A stretch of 56,932 nucleotides of DNA, filler included, from Circinaria calcarea (taxonomy: Eukaryota), in assembly GCA_051942165.1 (NCBI GenBank). It is 7 parts of 7 records of this genome, joined end to end, with 100 filler letters (N's around TTAATTAATTAA, not from the genome) between each part and the next. Parts side by side here need not be neighbours in the genome. Positions count along the whole stretch, not along the records: positions 8,180 to 16,245 come from JAVECS010001182.1; positions 16,346 to 24,401 come from JAVECS010001183.1; 5 more parts are not named here. One strand, written 5' to 3'. The notes below the pieces were generated by a model. The model was not told the origin of the DNA and ran no database searches. It worked only from the letters and a program-made list of their open reading frames with translations. The position numbers and the translations under genes are program-made. Of this stretch, positions 10,963 to 23,175 are shown in pieces. The stretch's first letter is position 1, and the number at the start of each line of letters is the position of its first letter.

Positions 10963-13900
10963 CTACCCCCATCTCCCCGCCTCCCTCTCATTCTCCCCTC
11001 TCCCCGCTCTCACCTCCTCCTCAACCTCATCCTCATACTTGTAACTCACCCTTCTCCCTCCCCCAGCACCAGTTCCCGCAACTCCGTTCGTACCCGTCCC
11101 CTTCCGCTTCGGACCTTTCCCCTCCATCGCTTCTCTCCGCTGCATCTCCTTCATCATTCGTTCGCGATTTCGGGCCTCGCGCTCGAGGGTGTGGTGGTCT
11201 TTTTCGGGCTGTCTGGGCGCGGTTGGGACCACAGAAGTCGATTTGGTGGGTGCTGGGTCGGTCGCGGTGCTGGGTCGGGAATTTGAGTGGGGCTGCGGAT
11301 CGATCTGGTTTTGGGAGGTGGTATGGTTGGAAGTTGATTCTTCCGGACCTTCTCTACGCTTGGAGCGCTGGGATGAATGGTTGGGATCCTTGTTTTCAGG
11401 TGTGCGGGAACGTTCGCGGCGAGATCGTTTTCGATCAAGTTGATGATGATCGTCATCATCTCTATCGCGGCGTTTTCGAGAATCTTCCTTGTCTGGTCGT
11501 CGAGTTGCCAAGGGGCTCAACGGAGGTGCTTCTGTAGACGTAGGTGTAGGTGCAATTGAAGTGGTAGCAGGTGATCTGGAACGTCTCCTCCGGTGTCTTC
11601 GCTCATCGTCTCGGTCTCTGCTTCGCTCACGATGGTGTCGATTACTACTAGACGAAATTTCCTTTTCATTATTACGATGGTTCCGATGAGACGACCGTTT
11701 TGATGATGATTCGGGGGACAGATCTCGCTTTCGCGGCTCTCCGGTTCCGTTGACGCCATTCTTATCTTCATCTTCATACTTCCGAGATCGACGCCGATGA
11801 CGCTCTTTTCGTCTGTCGTTTTCGGCGTCATCGGACTCGCTATGTGATCGATGACGATGACTTCGATGATGACTGGACCGATGTTGAGATGTAGACGGAG
11901 TTCGCGATCTAGAACGGTGACGTGACGGAGATGGACTGCCAATCAGTTAGCTCGAAATACCAAGTCAGATACAAGAGATCAGATTATACCTCCTTGACCT
12001 CGTAACTCCGTTGGGTTTTGCATGAGAAGCAGCAGAGGCCCTACCAACTATTGAAAAGCCTCGACCGCCTCTGATGCCAGTGTTTGGAAGTCCTTCCCTG
12101 AGTGCTTTTGGACCTTTAGGTGCACCTTCAACCCCAAGGCCTTTGGGTTCTGCTGGGGTGGTGGCAGGAAGTGTCGTGGTTGGAGGAGCCTGCATCGGAG
12201 ACGAGTGATTGCTGTTACCGTTGGGAAGGTAACCTCCACCGCGCCCACGATATCCACCCCGAAACTCCGAAGAACCACGATAATAGCCTCGGCCAGCTCC
12301 CCTGCCTCGCCCGCTGGAATCGAGTGAATGGTCTTGGTTATACAAGGCAGCTGGTCCAAGAGGAATGGTAGGAAAAGGCGGCGGCATCGCCGCTGGCTCT
12401 GGTTTGGTGACATTGACACTTGTAGGCTTGTGTGGACGGTCGTCTTCATTGGATGTATATGTTTCGATAGGCGCTAGCTTGGAGTCTTCCGTATTCCGAC
12501 TGTCTTCGCTCTGCTTCAGAGATGAGGCGGCCATTTTCTCAGCATCTGCGCTCACCTCAGATGATTCCGCAAGTGCATTCGTATCACCGCTGGTTGGAAG
12601 GGCTATTACCATGCCAGACTGAGATTTGTCGTCCTCATCTCCAGGGTTAAGATCCTTATTGACTTGGTCCTGGATATCCTGATCTGTAGCCGTTTTTCCT
12701 GGAGCTGGATTTTGCTGAGGTTCCTTGGATGCTCGCCCTTGATCATCTGTGTTCCTCTCCTGCTGCTGTTCGGATGTCAAAGCTGGTTGTGGGTTTGGCT
12801 GTGCGACCTGGTTTGGCAATTGGTGATGGAAGGGCTCATAGTTAGCATGATTAGCAGCATAGTTACCTTGCGTTACCTGATTGTAACTACCTCGTCCTCG
12901 GCCGGTATTGTTGTACCCACCACGACGTCCACGACCTCGGTTTGGGAAGCCTTGGCCATTAAAACCATTTGGAGTATCATTATGTGGGAATTGCTGGTGA
13001 TTCATCTGGTTGAAGCTGCCTCGATGAGACGGCATATTATATCCACCATACCCAGAATGAGGCCCGAAGTCACCTCCCATACCATTGGCATGACCGCCAT
13101 AAGCATTTGGATTGAAATTATCTTGCCCTGTATTCCATGCATCGGGCTGCCCGTTGAATCCACTAAACGCTCCTTGTCCAGCATTCATCGCATTCATTCC
13201 CATTCCCATGTTCATGCCGTTCATCCCGTGCATACCATTCATACCCATACCCGGCCCACCGAAACCTCCATACATTGCCTGTGGCATGGCCATGGGATCC
13301 ATTCCCATTCCTGGCATCCCTGTCGTAGGAGCGTTAGCAGAAAACTCCCAGAAACGTCAGGCACAGCACATACCCATCATGCTGGGAAACGTGCCCATCA
13401 AACCATTTGGCATTGTGTTTGGCATCATTTGCATCATCTGGCTAAAGTCGGTAGTACCCGGGAAACCCATATTCGCGAAACTGTTACTCATTCCATCAAA
13501 TCCAAAAGACCCATTGAGCATGCCTTGACCAACTCCACCGTTCATAGGCCATAAACCTGTTTGATCTTGAGCACCAGAGTTCTGACTCTGCTCCACCAAT
13601 CCTGCACCGTTTCGGGTCTGGTCCTTGTTATCGTCTTCCTTGCCGTCTGAAGCCGCCTGTGGCTTGCCATCCAGGCCATCCTGATTAGTTTCGTTGCTTG
13701 TCTACGATTAATTCAGTAAGAGTCGGCGATTTCAAATATCTCGAATAGTCATACCTCGATTGAAGGTCTTGGGACATCCATCTGTGCATCCGTGGATGTG
13801 GGCTGACTACCTTGTTCCGATACTTGTGCCTTGTCCATCGAAGGCGCTTGTGGTGTCTCCCGAGGGCTGTCTTTCATAGCGGTGCTGCTTTGATTACTAG

Positions 13901-14431
13901 TTTCAACAATCTGAGGGTTCGGTGGCATCACGGTTCGATTCACTGTCTCGAGAAAGTCGGAGACCTTAGGCGTAGCGGGAGGTGCAGGAAGGTTGGTAAG
14001 CTTTTCCTCCTTCTTCCTTGCCGCTTCCCTCTCCATGCCCTTCTTCCGTAGAAAAGCTTTGATGGTAGTTCGTAAGGTCTTGTTGGGCTTGCAGTCCTCT
14101 TTCTTCACTTTCTCAGGGTACTCGTGGAGACATACTGGGCAGAACGACTCAAGGGAATCTTGGCCTTTGATTTTTCATCAGCTTCGAACGTTTTGATGGT
14201 AGATGGCAAGGATGATGGCACTCACATGCTTCGCAGAGCGATTGGTCACAACAGGGCATTCGAATCGCGTTCAGGGCAAGCCTATTGCAGCCTGCACAGC
14301 GAAGCTTCACAGGTATCTCCTCCACCGTTAGAGACCTAGAAGAATGGCTGTTAGGATTATATTGTCACGGAGGATTAGGCAGCTTACCCGGCAATATCTG
14401 CAGCCACCGCTGCCGCATCTACTGCAGCCAT
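10963..14431 (-). CDS. RING-finger protein (RBBP6/Mpe1-like RING) with M/G/N-rich, RGG and RS-rich low-complexity regions
   Basis: Spliced N-terminus MAAVDAAAVAADIA|..IPVKLRCAGCNRLALNAIRMPCCDQSLCEA|CQDSLESFCPVCLHE..DCKPNKTLRTTIKAFL. Later exons are ORFs 13357-13599, 11965-13317 and 10963-11520, ending RRVSYKYEDE..EREAGRWG*. Confidence 0.8.
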
Positions 14432-14844
14432 GATGGAAAACGAAGTGTGTAGATAGACGTCCTGGAAATAGAATATTGTTCGTCAGTAGGTGGGTAGCCG
14501 ATCAAGAGGCTGCCTGTGGTTGGATGATGGATTGCTTCATGATAGGTTTTCGATGAAGGTAAAGTGAAGAAAAAGAACGATGAAGAGTCACGGAGGTCTG
14601 GACCCAGATGTATCATGGGCTGAAGTGTTGCCCGGATGATTTGGAGTATGGATTGACGCAAGTTCGTGAGCTTCGCGGGTTGGGCGGGAAAAGTAAAATG
14701 CCGAGGCAAACAGTGCAAACTATCGTTGAAGTGTTCTGGATGCCTTCGAACGCGACATGAATAACGAGTGGCGCTTGTTGACAACAGCAAAGTAGATTTC
14801 TAGCTACTGTTTTCCCTTGGCCGCTGCTGCAAGATAGGACTGCT

Positions 14845-16245
14845 ATGATCTTGAGTCAAATTTCATATCTAGATTGCATCGTCTTTGTCTTCTTTTTAAT
14901 TCCTCAGTTATTAATCAACGTCAATACCTTTGAACTGATCTACTGTGGGTTACGAATACTCCCCTTCCTAAGTAAGTCTATGGAAACACACTCCATGATA
15001 GTGTTGAAGTTGTGACTCAGGATTTCCGTAGTTTTCAGACTACCATTCGAATTCATCTTCGAAAGATACTTTACTTCCAGGTTACGGAGATCGGAATTTG
15101 TCCAGCAAGCGACACCGTTTCAAGACTTCGTCATCCGATGCGTTCGTTATGCATTTGCCAATCTCCCTGCCAAAATTGGGAAAGTGTTCTTCTCCAAAGG
15201 AGTGGCGTTGCCCTTCCTGAGGTTTCGCATGCTGCGACATGGTCATCTAAAGTCTCCCATATCATGGCAGGAAGTGAATATAGTAGGACATCAACGCCCC
15301 ACCGACAACAGTTCTCGTATTCTTACCTCTATCGTTAGGACGGCGTGCGCGGAATTTGGATCAGACAAGATGAGGATCGGAAGCCAGATATAGTGATATA
15401 CTACTTGCATGGTAGGAATCTCCTTGAACCCCTGAACCCCTTTTAATATTCTTCACCGGACAATCCCCCTATTCTTCTCCGAATTGACGTTCTCTTTTCC
15501 CTCCTAGGCGGTGGTTTCTCCATGGGCTCCTCCTATTTCTACCTTGAATTCCTCCTCGCCTATCTGACCCTCCTTGGCACTCACTACACCAACCCCTCAA
15601 TCTTTGCTCTCGACTACACCCTCGTCCCTGAGGCTTCCTACCCCACTCAGCTGCACCAAACCATGGCCGGCTACCGGTACGCCCTCTCCCTCATCTCCAA
15701 CAACTCCTTGCGCATCTGTCTAGCAGGAGATTCCGCCGGCGCAACACTCCTCCTCAGTTTACTCTTGCAAATCGCGCAAAGCCCGGAGTATGACAATCTC
15801 AGGCCGGGCTTCGCGACGCTAATTTCCCCGTGGGTTTCCCTGGTGAGTCCGAAGAACCGAAATACGAGAAGCGACTACCTTGACGCTTCCTCGCTCCACC
15901 TCTACGGCTCCCAGTACGCCGCTCTCCGATCCAACCTCTCCTCCCCACAGGTCTCCCCCGGCGCCTGCACAGACAGTAAATGGTGGGCGCGCGCTGCACC
16001 TTCCAAAGGCATCTTTGTCATTTTCGGCGCCGAAGAGGTTTTCGGGCCGGAGATCCGAGAGTGGGTGGCGCGGTTGCGGAAAGCGGGTGTGGCAGTTGGT
16101 GTCAAGGAGGAGCCCGGGGGAATTCATGCTTGGGTTGTCGCGAGAGTGTTCTTGGAAGGGGCGATGGAGGATAGGGTCAGGGGCTTGAGGGAGTTGGTGG
16201 GGGCTGTGACCGTAGCCATTCCTGGAAATCGGAACATGAGGTCAG
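14845..16245 (+). CDS. Alpha/beta hydrolase, hormone-sensitive lipase family (Say1-like), stop beyond contig edge
   Basis: Hydrophobic N-terminus MILSQISYLDCIVFVFFL; YYLHG|GGFSMGS across an intron; DYTLVPE, GDSAG, ISPWV, GAEEVF, GGIHAW. Confidence 0.88.
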
Positions 16246-16345
16246 NNNNNNNNNNNNNNNNNNNNNNNNNNNNNNNNNNNNNNNNNNNNTTAATTAATTA
16301 ANNNNNNNNNNNNNNNNNNNNNNNNNNNNNNNNNNNNNNNNNNNN
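16246..16345. other. Artificial contig spacer
   Basis: N44-TTAATTAATTAA-N44. Confidence 0.99.
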
Positions 16346-16942
16346 GCATGAGGTTCTCAACCAGAACGAAGTGACCGACATGATTGTTATGGTAAGAGAT
16401 TAGCTCTTGTTCTAACTTTCTTCAATGCAATCGCCCGCCAGCTTGTAAGTTTACTTGATAGCCATAGACAACTCCACTCCGTAATCTGACAGCGAAAAGT
16501 CTGACGCTGCATTATTTACTAACCGGCTCATCAGTGATTAGCAGTCATGCCTGGGATTCTTACTGAAGCCCAACTCAAGATTTCAAGGCGCTTCTCTCTC
16601 GCCATGAAGTCCTTGGCCGACCTGACTACGTCTGCAGGGTACGTAAGATCGAGCGGCAGCCAGATCAAATTTCCATTGTTCCTGACTTCAAGATGGGCCC
16701 GTTTGATCCTCCCGATGGCTTCCTTGGCTCTCTCTTTGGATCGAGCCCCCATATAGACCTTGGCACCATGAGTAGCGAGCGTTTTGGTGATCTCGAGGCC
16801 GATCCAAGCGCTGGGGGTCTGTCAACTTTCAACGTTAGGATTGGAAAAGACATACAGACTTTCCTCCTGTGATTAGTACCACTCTGCCAGTAAGATAAGT
16901 GATCTCTTTGAGCGGATCCCAGCCCCGGCTGAAGGCTAGCAT
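16346..16942 (-). CDS. Short-chain dehydrogenase/reductase (retinol dehydrogenase-like), 3'-truncated
   Basis: Spliced WDPLKEITYLTGRVVLITGG..WIGLEITKTLATHGAKVYMGARS..LDL..LEIL|VNNAA..N|HVGHFVL. Confidence 0.8.
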
Positions 16943-18197
16943 ATTGCAAAGCACAATAATAGGCCAAATGTATCAATTGGAAGACTCTAGGTATGAAAAA
17001 TATATGATAGTAAGTTAAATGTACCAAAGCAATGGAAGAAGTAACGAAATCAAGGTATTTGTTGCACTCTCATACCATTCTATGTAGACTCCCCTAGAGG
17101 TCCATCCCCTCCAACGTGACAATGTCATAACTGGGCTTGAGACATTCTTTACAAAACATTAATATTACCTCACCGGCCCCAGATTACTGAACAACCAGCT
17201 CTCGGAAGACAGGGGATCAAACGTGTGCCGTGTATCTCATCAAATGGGTCAGCTTAGTCACTTACCCGAACTTTTTGGAATAACACGTGTAATTGACCAG
17301 ATACTCTACTTGGTGAAGCTGCTATGGCCAAGTGCACGACTTTTGGTTGGCTGTACGGGAACAAACCCTTTCCGGAATATCCTTTCGGAACAATGTGTTT
17401 CCCGCGCGGAGTGATCGAGTCCGCATCCGCAGCCACTGTCAGCCCTTTGGGACTAGATTATTGATATCTCCAAGTCACACATATGGAGAGAAGACGGGCT
17501 GAATTACAAGTTTATAATACCAGTCCGGACCACCGATTCGCATTTACTAGCGATCTGCAACGCCCAACCCTAAAAACTTGTAATATATCTAATTTACTAT
17601 GTGCCCTGAAACGAGGCACGCTGATCTGAGCAAAATTCTACTGCGAAATACCTTTAAAGAAGCCGTAATCGGCTTAGGGTTGTACTTATTTCCACCACGT
17701 TATTAACAAGAATAGTAATAGCCTATAAAGACAGCAATAAGGGCCTCCAAGTATCAGCGCAACGCTTATCCAAGAATAATTGAAACTGCATACTCCTTAC
17801 AGAGTACGTTGACTATATATGATTCAAGTTAAACACCAAAGAAACTTTTATATAAATTATAATAGCGCTTACGGAAATAGCAAAGTCACGCACTGAAAGC
17901 TCATTTGCATATGTTATAGCAAGTAGTTGATGCTTTTTGTATGAGGTGTATAGAGAATTAATATTATTGGATGATTAGCCCTGTTTTCCTAGATTCTATT
18001 CCTAAGCTAATGCATGCATACACGTGGTGGCTTCCTTCGCGCCTTGTGTAACAGTTATCAGTTTTATCAGTTTTGCAATGAATTTTGACGTGGAACTGTA
18101 GGTGCCAGCCTAGATCTACTTTTTCTTTCTTACCACGGCCAAGTTCGGACGTCCACTCGAGTTTCTACCTACCAAGAGCAGCCGTTGGCTTCTAGCT

Positions 18198-21100
18198 ATG
18201 CCAGGCCAGGAGTTACGCCTGCTCGCGCTCGATGGCGGCGGCGTCCGCGGCTTGTCCTTGCTCATCATTCTCGAGCAGCTCATGGAGACTATTAATCCAG
18301 ACTCACCTCCAAAGCCATGCGAATACTTTGACATGATCGGGGGAACGAGCACTGGTGGGTGGGTCGTTACATCCCGGGTAGACTGTGGACTTGTATGCTG
18401 ACCAACTAGGCTTATCGCGATCATGCTCGGCCGGTTGAAGATGAGTATTAGCGACTGTATCGACGCCTACCTTTCGCTTTCGGACCGAATCTTCCAAAAG
18501 AAGAGACACCGGTTGACTAAAACGGGCAAAATTCAAGGCAGGTTTGACTCCGAGGAGCTGGCGCGAGCTGTGCAGGAGGTTGTCGCGAAGCAAGATGAAC
18601 TCAAGGAAGATGCGCTGCTGAAAGACCCATCGGACGATGCGTGCAAAGTGTAAACTAGACTCATACCTCGCTCGGTGCACCAGTTGATGATCAATCCAGA
18701 TTCGTGTGCGCGACAAGCAAACAGACAAGTGAAACCGTGTGCCTCAGAAGCTATAAATTGCCACATGGTCGCAATGACCTCTTGAACAGCGTCAAGATCT
18801 GGGAGGCATGTTGTGCAACTTCGGCGGCATCGTCCTTCTTCGATCCAATCGCTATTGGGCGGTATGGAGAGGAGTTCGTGGATGGAGCCACGGGAGCGAA
18901 CAATCCGGTATGGGAGGTGTGGAACCAGGCTCGGCTGATATGGGGACCGCAGCCGCTCGAGGACAGGATCAAACGCCTGGTGTCGATCGGAACCGGTGTC
19001 CCTTTACTGAAGCCGTTTGAGGATAATATTTTACATATTAACGAGACTCTTATCGCGATCGCAACCGAGACAGAACAGACAGCAAACAAGTTTCGCCGAG
19101 ATAAAACGCAACTCGACGACACTGGCCGGTACTATCGTTTCAACGTGGCTCGTGGGTTGGAAGAGATCGGGCTCGAAGAGTCGAAGAAGAGGAAAGAGAT
19201 TGCAGCGGCGACATGGCGCTACCTTGGGTTGGAGGATGTGTTTAAGCAGATGAAAGCGTGCGCGAACAATATGGCAGGAAGAGAATGTTAGTGCTAGTTA
19301 TTCACTTAAGGCGTGATTTATTGTTCCTGTAGCTAATTGGCTCGGTGTATAGACTTTGGAATTTATCGAATAAATTTTAGCCTCGAAGGTGTCCCAAGAG
19401 TGAATAAATTCGTCGACCGGCCGACGGAAATGGCAAAGCTCGAACGCGCTCTCCTACCAGAAAGGGGAAACTGCCGACAGAAGATCTATATCCTACACGG
19501 CCTTGGCGGGATAGGCAAGACGCAGCTCGCAGTCGAATTCGCCCGGCGACATCACCGCAAGTACAGTTCTGTATTCTGGCTCGACGGGAGGAGCGAAGAT
19601 AGCCTTAAGCGGAGTGCTGCGAGTTGTGCAAGCAGAATTCCAGAAGGCCAGATATCTCAGATGAGCAGGACGTACTCTGCAGGCGGTAGTGGCAACCTCG
19701 ATGCAGTTGTCAAAGAGGTGATGGGTTGGCTTGCACAACCAGACAACACTGAATGGCTACTCATTTTTGACAACGTTGACCGGGAGTACAATCCGCGCGA
19801 TCCGGACCCTGAAGCGTACGATGTGAAGCGTTACCTCTCTAGCGCCGACCATGGGACTGTCTTGATTACAACCAGATTGGCCAAGCTAGAGCAGCTGGGG
19901 GACTCACAGCAATTGGGTAAGGTTGATATGAACCAATCCGAAACTATTTTTCAAAGCCGGTACAACAGAAAGTATGGTAAGATATAGATTATACTGGCTG
20001 GAATTCACAAAAGTCGAAGCTAATAGTACAATTATAGACCCAGTCGAGAGCGAGCGCTTGTTTGGTCTACTGGATGGTCTGCCGCTAGCAATTGCCCAGG
20101 CTGGTGCGTATCTTCGGGAGAGCGGAGTTGGGTTGGGGACTTACCTCCAGTTCTACGAGCAACAATGGAAAAAGCTCATGCAGCCACGAGATCCAGCCGA
20201 CGCACTGCTTCAGGATTACCCGTATTACAATGTCTTTACGACATGGACTATCTCTTACAATGCTATCCGGAAAAAGGACGAGTCTGCAGCCAACCTGCTT
20301 TTGCTTTGGGCTCACCTTGATAACAAAGATCTATGGCACGGTCTTTTTGCGGAAGCTTGTAGGGAGTCCAGTTTTGCTGCGAGAAAATTATTAGAATGGA
20401 TGGGAGACATTGCAAGCGATGAGCTGGAGTTTACCAAGGCGATTCAGCTTCTACGCAACTACTCGTTAATCGAGGATGTTGAAAGTCTAGCGAGCAATGC
20501 CACTCATCCAGTAGTCCATAGATGGGCGTACCATTTCCAGCACAAAGATTTCCGAGTGGAGCTAGCACAGCTAGCTGTGGTTGTGGTTGGGTGGGCTGTG
20601 CCTCATATCTCAACGCGGGACTCCTCGACCATGCAAAGCCGACTTTTTCCTCATGCCCAGGTGTGTTCTCGATGGGTAATAGGTGACGCGGATGACGCGG
20701 ACTTTGATAAGATCAAGGACAAAGAAGCAACACTACATGCAATTCATAATCTGGGTGATCTTTATAGGGACCAAGGCAGATTAGCGGAGGCAGAACAAAT
20801 GTATGAGCAGGCACTTCGAGGAAATGAAAAAACACTCGGTCTTACGCATATATCGACACTCAACACGATTAATAACCTGGGTGTTCTTTATAAGAACCAA
20901 GGCAGATTAACGGAGGCAGAGAAAATGTACGAGCAAGCGCTTCAAGGAAGAGAAAAAATACTCGGTCTTACGCACATATCAACACTCTATACGGTCAATA
21001 ACCTGGGTAATCTTTACGCGGACCAAGGCAAGCTGGCGGAGGCAGAGAAAATGTTCTGGCGGGCGCTTCGAGGAAAAGAAAAAATACTCGATCCTACGCA

Positions 21101-21809
21101 CATATCGACACTCGATACGGTCAATAACATGGGCAATCTCTACCACAAGCAAGGCAAGCTGGCGGAGGCAGAGAAAATGTACGAGCGGGCGCTTCAAGGA
21201 TATAAAGAAACACTCGGTCCTACGCACATATCGACACTCGACACGCTCAATAACCTGAGTATTCTTTACGCGGATCAAGGCAAGCTGGCGGAGGCAGAGA
21301 AAATGTTCGAGCGGGCGTTTCGAGGAAAAGAAAAAATACTCGGTCCTACGCACATATCGACACTCGACACGATCAATAATATAGGTAATCTCTACCACAA
21401 GCAAGGCAAGCTGGCGGAGGCAGAGAAAATGTACGAGCGGGCGTTTCAAGGATATAAAGAAATACTCGGTCCTACGCACATATCGACACTCGATACGGTT
21501 AATGACCTGGGTTTTCTTTACACGGACCAAGGCAAGCTGGCGGAGGCAGAGAAAATGTTCGAGCGGGCGCTTCGAGGATACGAGGATGCCCTTGGCTTGG
21601 AGAATGTGGAAAGACATCGACCAGTTCTCAAGACGATATTGAGTAAAGGTATTCTCTATATGAAGCAAGGAGAGTTTACCAACGCTCGAGAGACACTCTC
21701 AAGGGCGCTCTCTGGCTTTCATACTGTCCTTGGACCGTCGAGCAGCATATATCAAGAAGTTAAAGCCGCGATCGAGTCCATTGACCTATGGCTAGATAAG
21801 GCGCAGTGA
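18198..21809 (+). CDS. Fungal NLR: patatin-like phospholipase - NB-ARC - TPR
   Basis: Patatin motifs DGGGVRG, GTSTG, ATSAA, DGA..ANNP; P-loop GLGGIGKT; Walker B WLLIFDNVD; GLPLAI; THPVVH; seven 42-aa TPRs. Frame-preserving introns at 18359-18409, 18650-18699, 19287-19352 and 19977-20037. Confidence 0.95.
20733..21600 (+). repeat. Intragenic 126-bp tandem repeats encoding TPRs
   Basis: HIST-encoding anchor recurs at 20847, 20973, 21099, 21225, 21351 and 21477. Confidence 0.95.
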
Positions 21810-21874
21810 ATTGCCAATCCACTTAGTTAGAAGTTCATAAACCAAAATAGGTACATATTGAAAGCGCAATCAAG

Positions 21875-21954
21875 AACATCACCAGAATTGGGTTCAGATC
21901 TCAGTAGCGCTGCTTTTGGTGGCCTGGTGGTTTCCTCCCCCCTTCCTGTCTTCT
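21875..21954 (+). repeat. Copy A of an ~80-bp dispersed repeat with a B-box-like motif
   Basis: Shares exact blocks AACATCACCAGAATTGGGTTCA (22 nt) and CTTTTGGTGGCCTGGTGGT (19 nt) with the reverse complement of 32372-32449. Confidence 0.85.
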
Positions 21955-23096
21955 CGAATTGCAACACGAGCCAGTCGTTGTCGATTTTTAGCATTTGGTT
22001 TACAGTCAGACCATCAACCCACATATACAGAGAGAAGACGTGCTGAATACCAGGTCCATAGTATGTGACCTACTTATATATTCAAGTTCCCAAATTTAAT
22101 ATGTCTAAATTTTATACAACCTCCACATACCCCCATTGTTAATATAAACCAGGCTATCCAATATACCACACCAAACCGCCCACGTCGTCCACCTCCTCGC
22201 CCGTGACTATTGGCCCATTTCGCCGCCCCATCTCTTGCTCAAATCGAGGAAGGATATAGCTCCATTGTTCCCTTAAGCAATGGATCTTCCCTTGGACAAA
22301 AAGGACATCTCCCCACCCTCACCCCGTCCTAATATCCAGTCTTCTAATGCTGCCTTAGTAGGCTGAATATGCGACAGGATCCCAACGCTTAAGACCGGGT
22401 TTAACAGCCACCGCCGTAACTGTAGTCGTGGCATTCTCCGTTTTCTCAGTTCTCAACCATTATCATCTACCCGTCTTGAACGCTCTTCTGGGCGTATCAG
22501 GGCCGAAACATCCCGTAGGCATTTTCCTTCTTCCGAACTTCCCGTTCATCTTTCCATCCACCAGAGAGTCGAAATAAACCTTTGGAGATCAAACAGTCGA
22601 GTTTAATCGTAGAGGCCGTCGCGCTGAACGCAACCAGTCAATGTCGGCCAAGGTCGGCCCCAAACTACCCCCTACCAACCGGTGGATTCTGGGACCTGGG
22701 ATTCTGGAGTTTGTGCGCTTCAATCTGGTAGAACTCTTCCCCGAGGCGCCCGCTCTAGCAGGGTTAAATATTTCCGACATCTTTTACAAATCTTATATCT
22801 CGTCGTTCTTCGCTTCCTTCGGTCACCATCCGCCTGAGCGGCTTCCTTCCCCTTCCCCTTCCCCTTCCCCTTCCCCGTACCTTTACCTTTTTTTGCCCCT
22901 TTTGCCTTTGCTCTCGAGGTCAATTGCGGGTTTCGACCGAAGCTCGTTTCTGTGTTATGCTGCGGGAGGTCAGTATGATTACTTTGGCAGTGTCGGCGTC
23001 TAGGTTTTTTCCAGTTCTCGCTGGAGACTCTCAACGTTTGGCAGAATAGTCGCTTCCCGTTGCAGGTAGATTCTTGGTCCCTCCGTTGCCCCTTTT

Positions 23097-23139
23097 CCGT
23101 GGGAATAGAGATTACCCGTGGTGATCTCTATTCCCATGG
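23097..23139. other. 20-bp stem hairpin
   Basis: CCGTGGGAATAGAGATTACC-CGT-GGTGATCTCTATTCCCATGG, fully paired with two G-T wobbles. Confidence 0.85.
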
Positions 23140-23175
23140 ACTTTCTCGTGAGTTGCCTCTGGATAGTATGCTTTG

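Noticed and set aside
12664..13554. 296-aa plus-strand ORF, and likewise 10722-11537
   Set aside because: Antisense to low-complexity exons of the RING gene; no protein motifs.
20733..21600. CRISPR-like periodic array
   Set aside because: 126-bp in-frame coding repeats without unique spacers in a eukaryotic gene; no cas genes.
20979..21668. 229-aa repetitive minus-strand ORF
   Set aside because: Antisense shadow of the TPR repeats.
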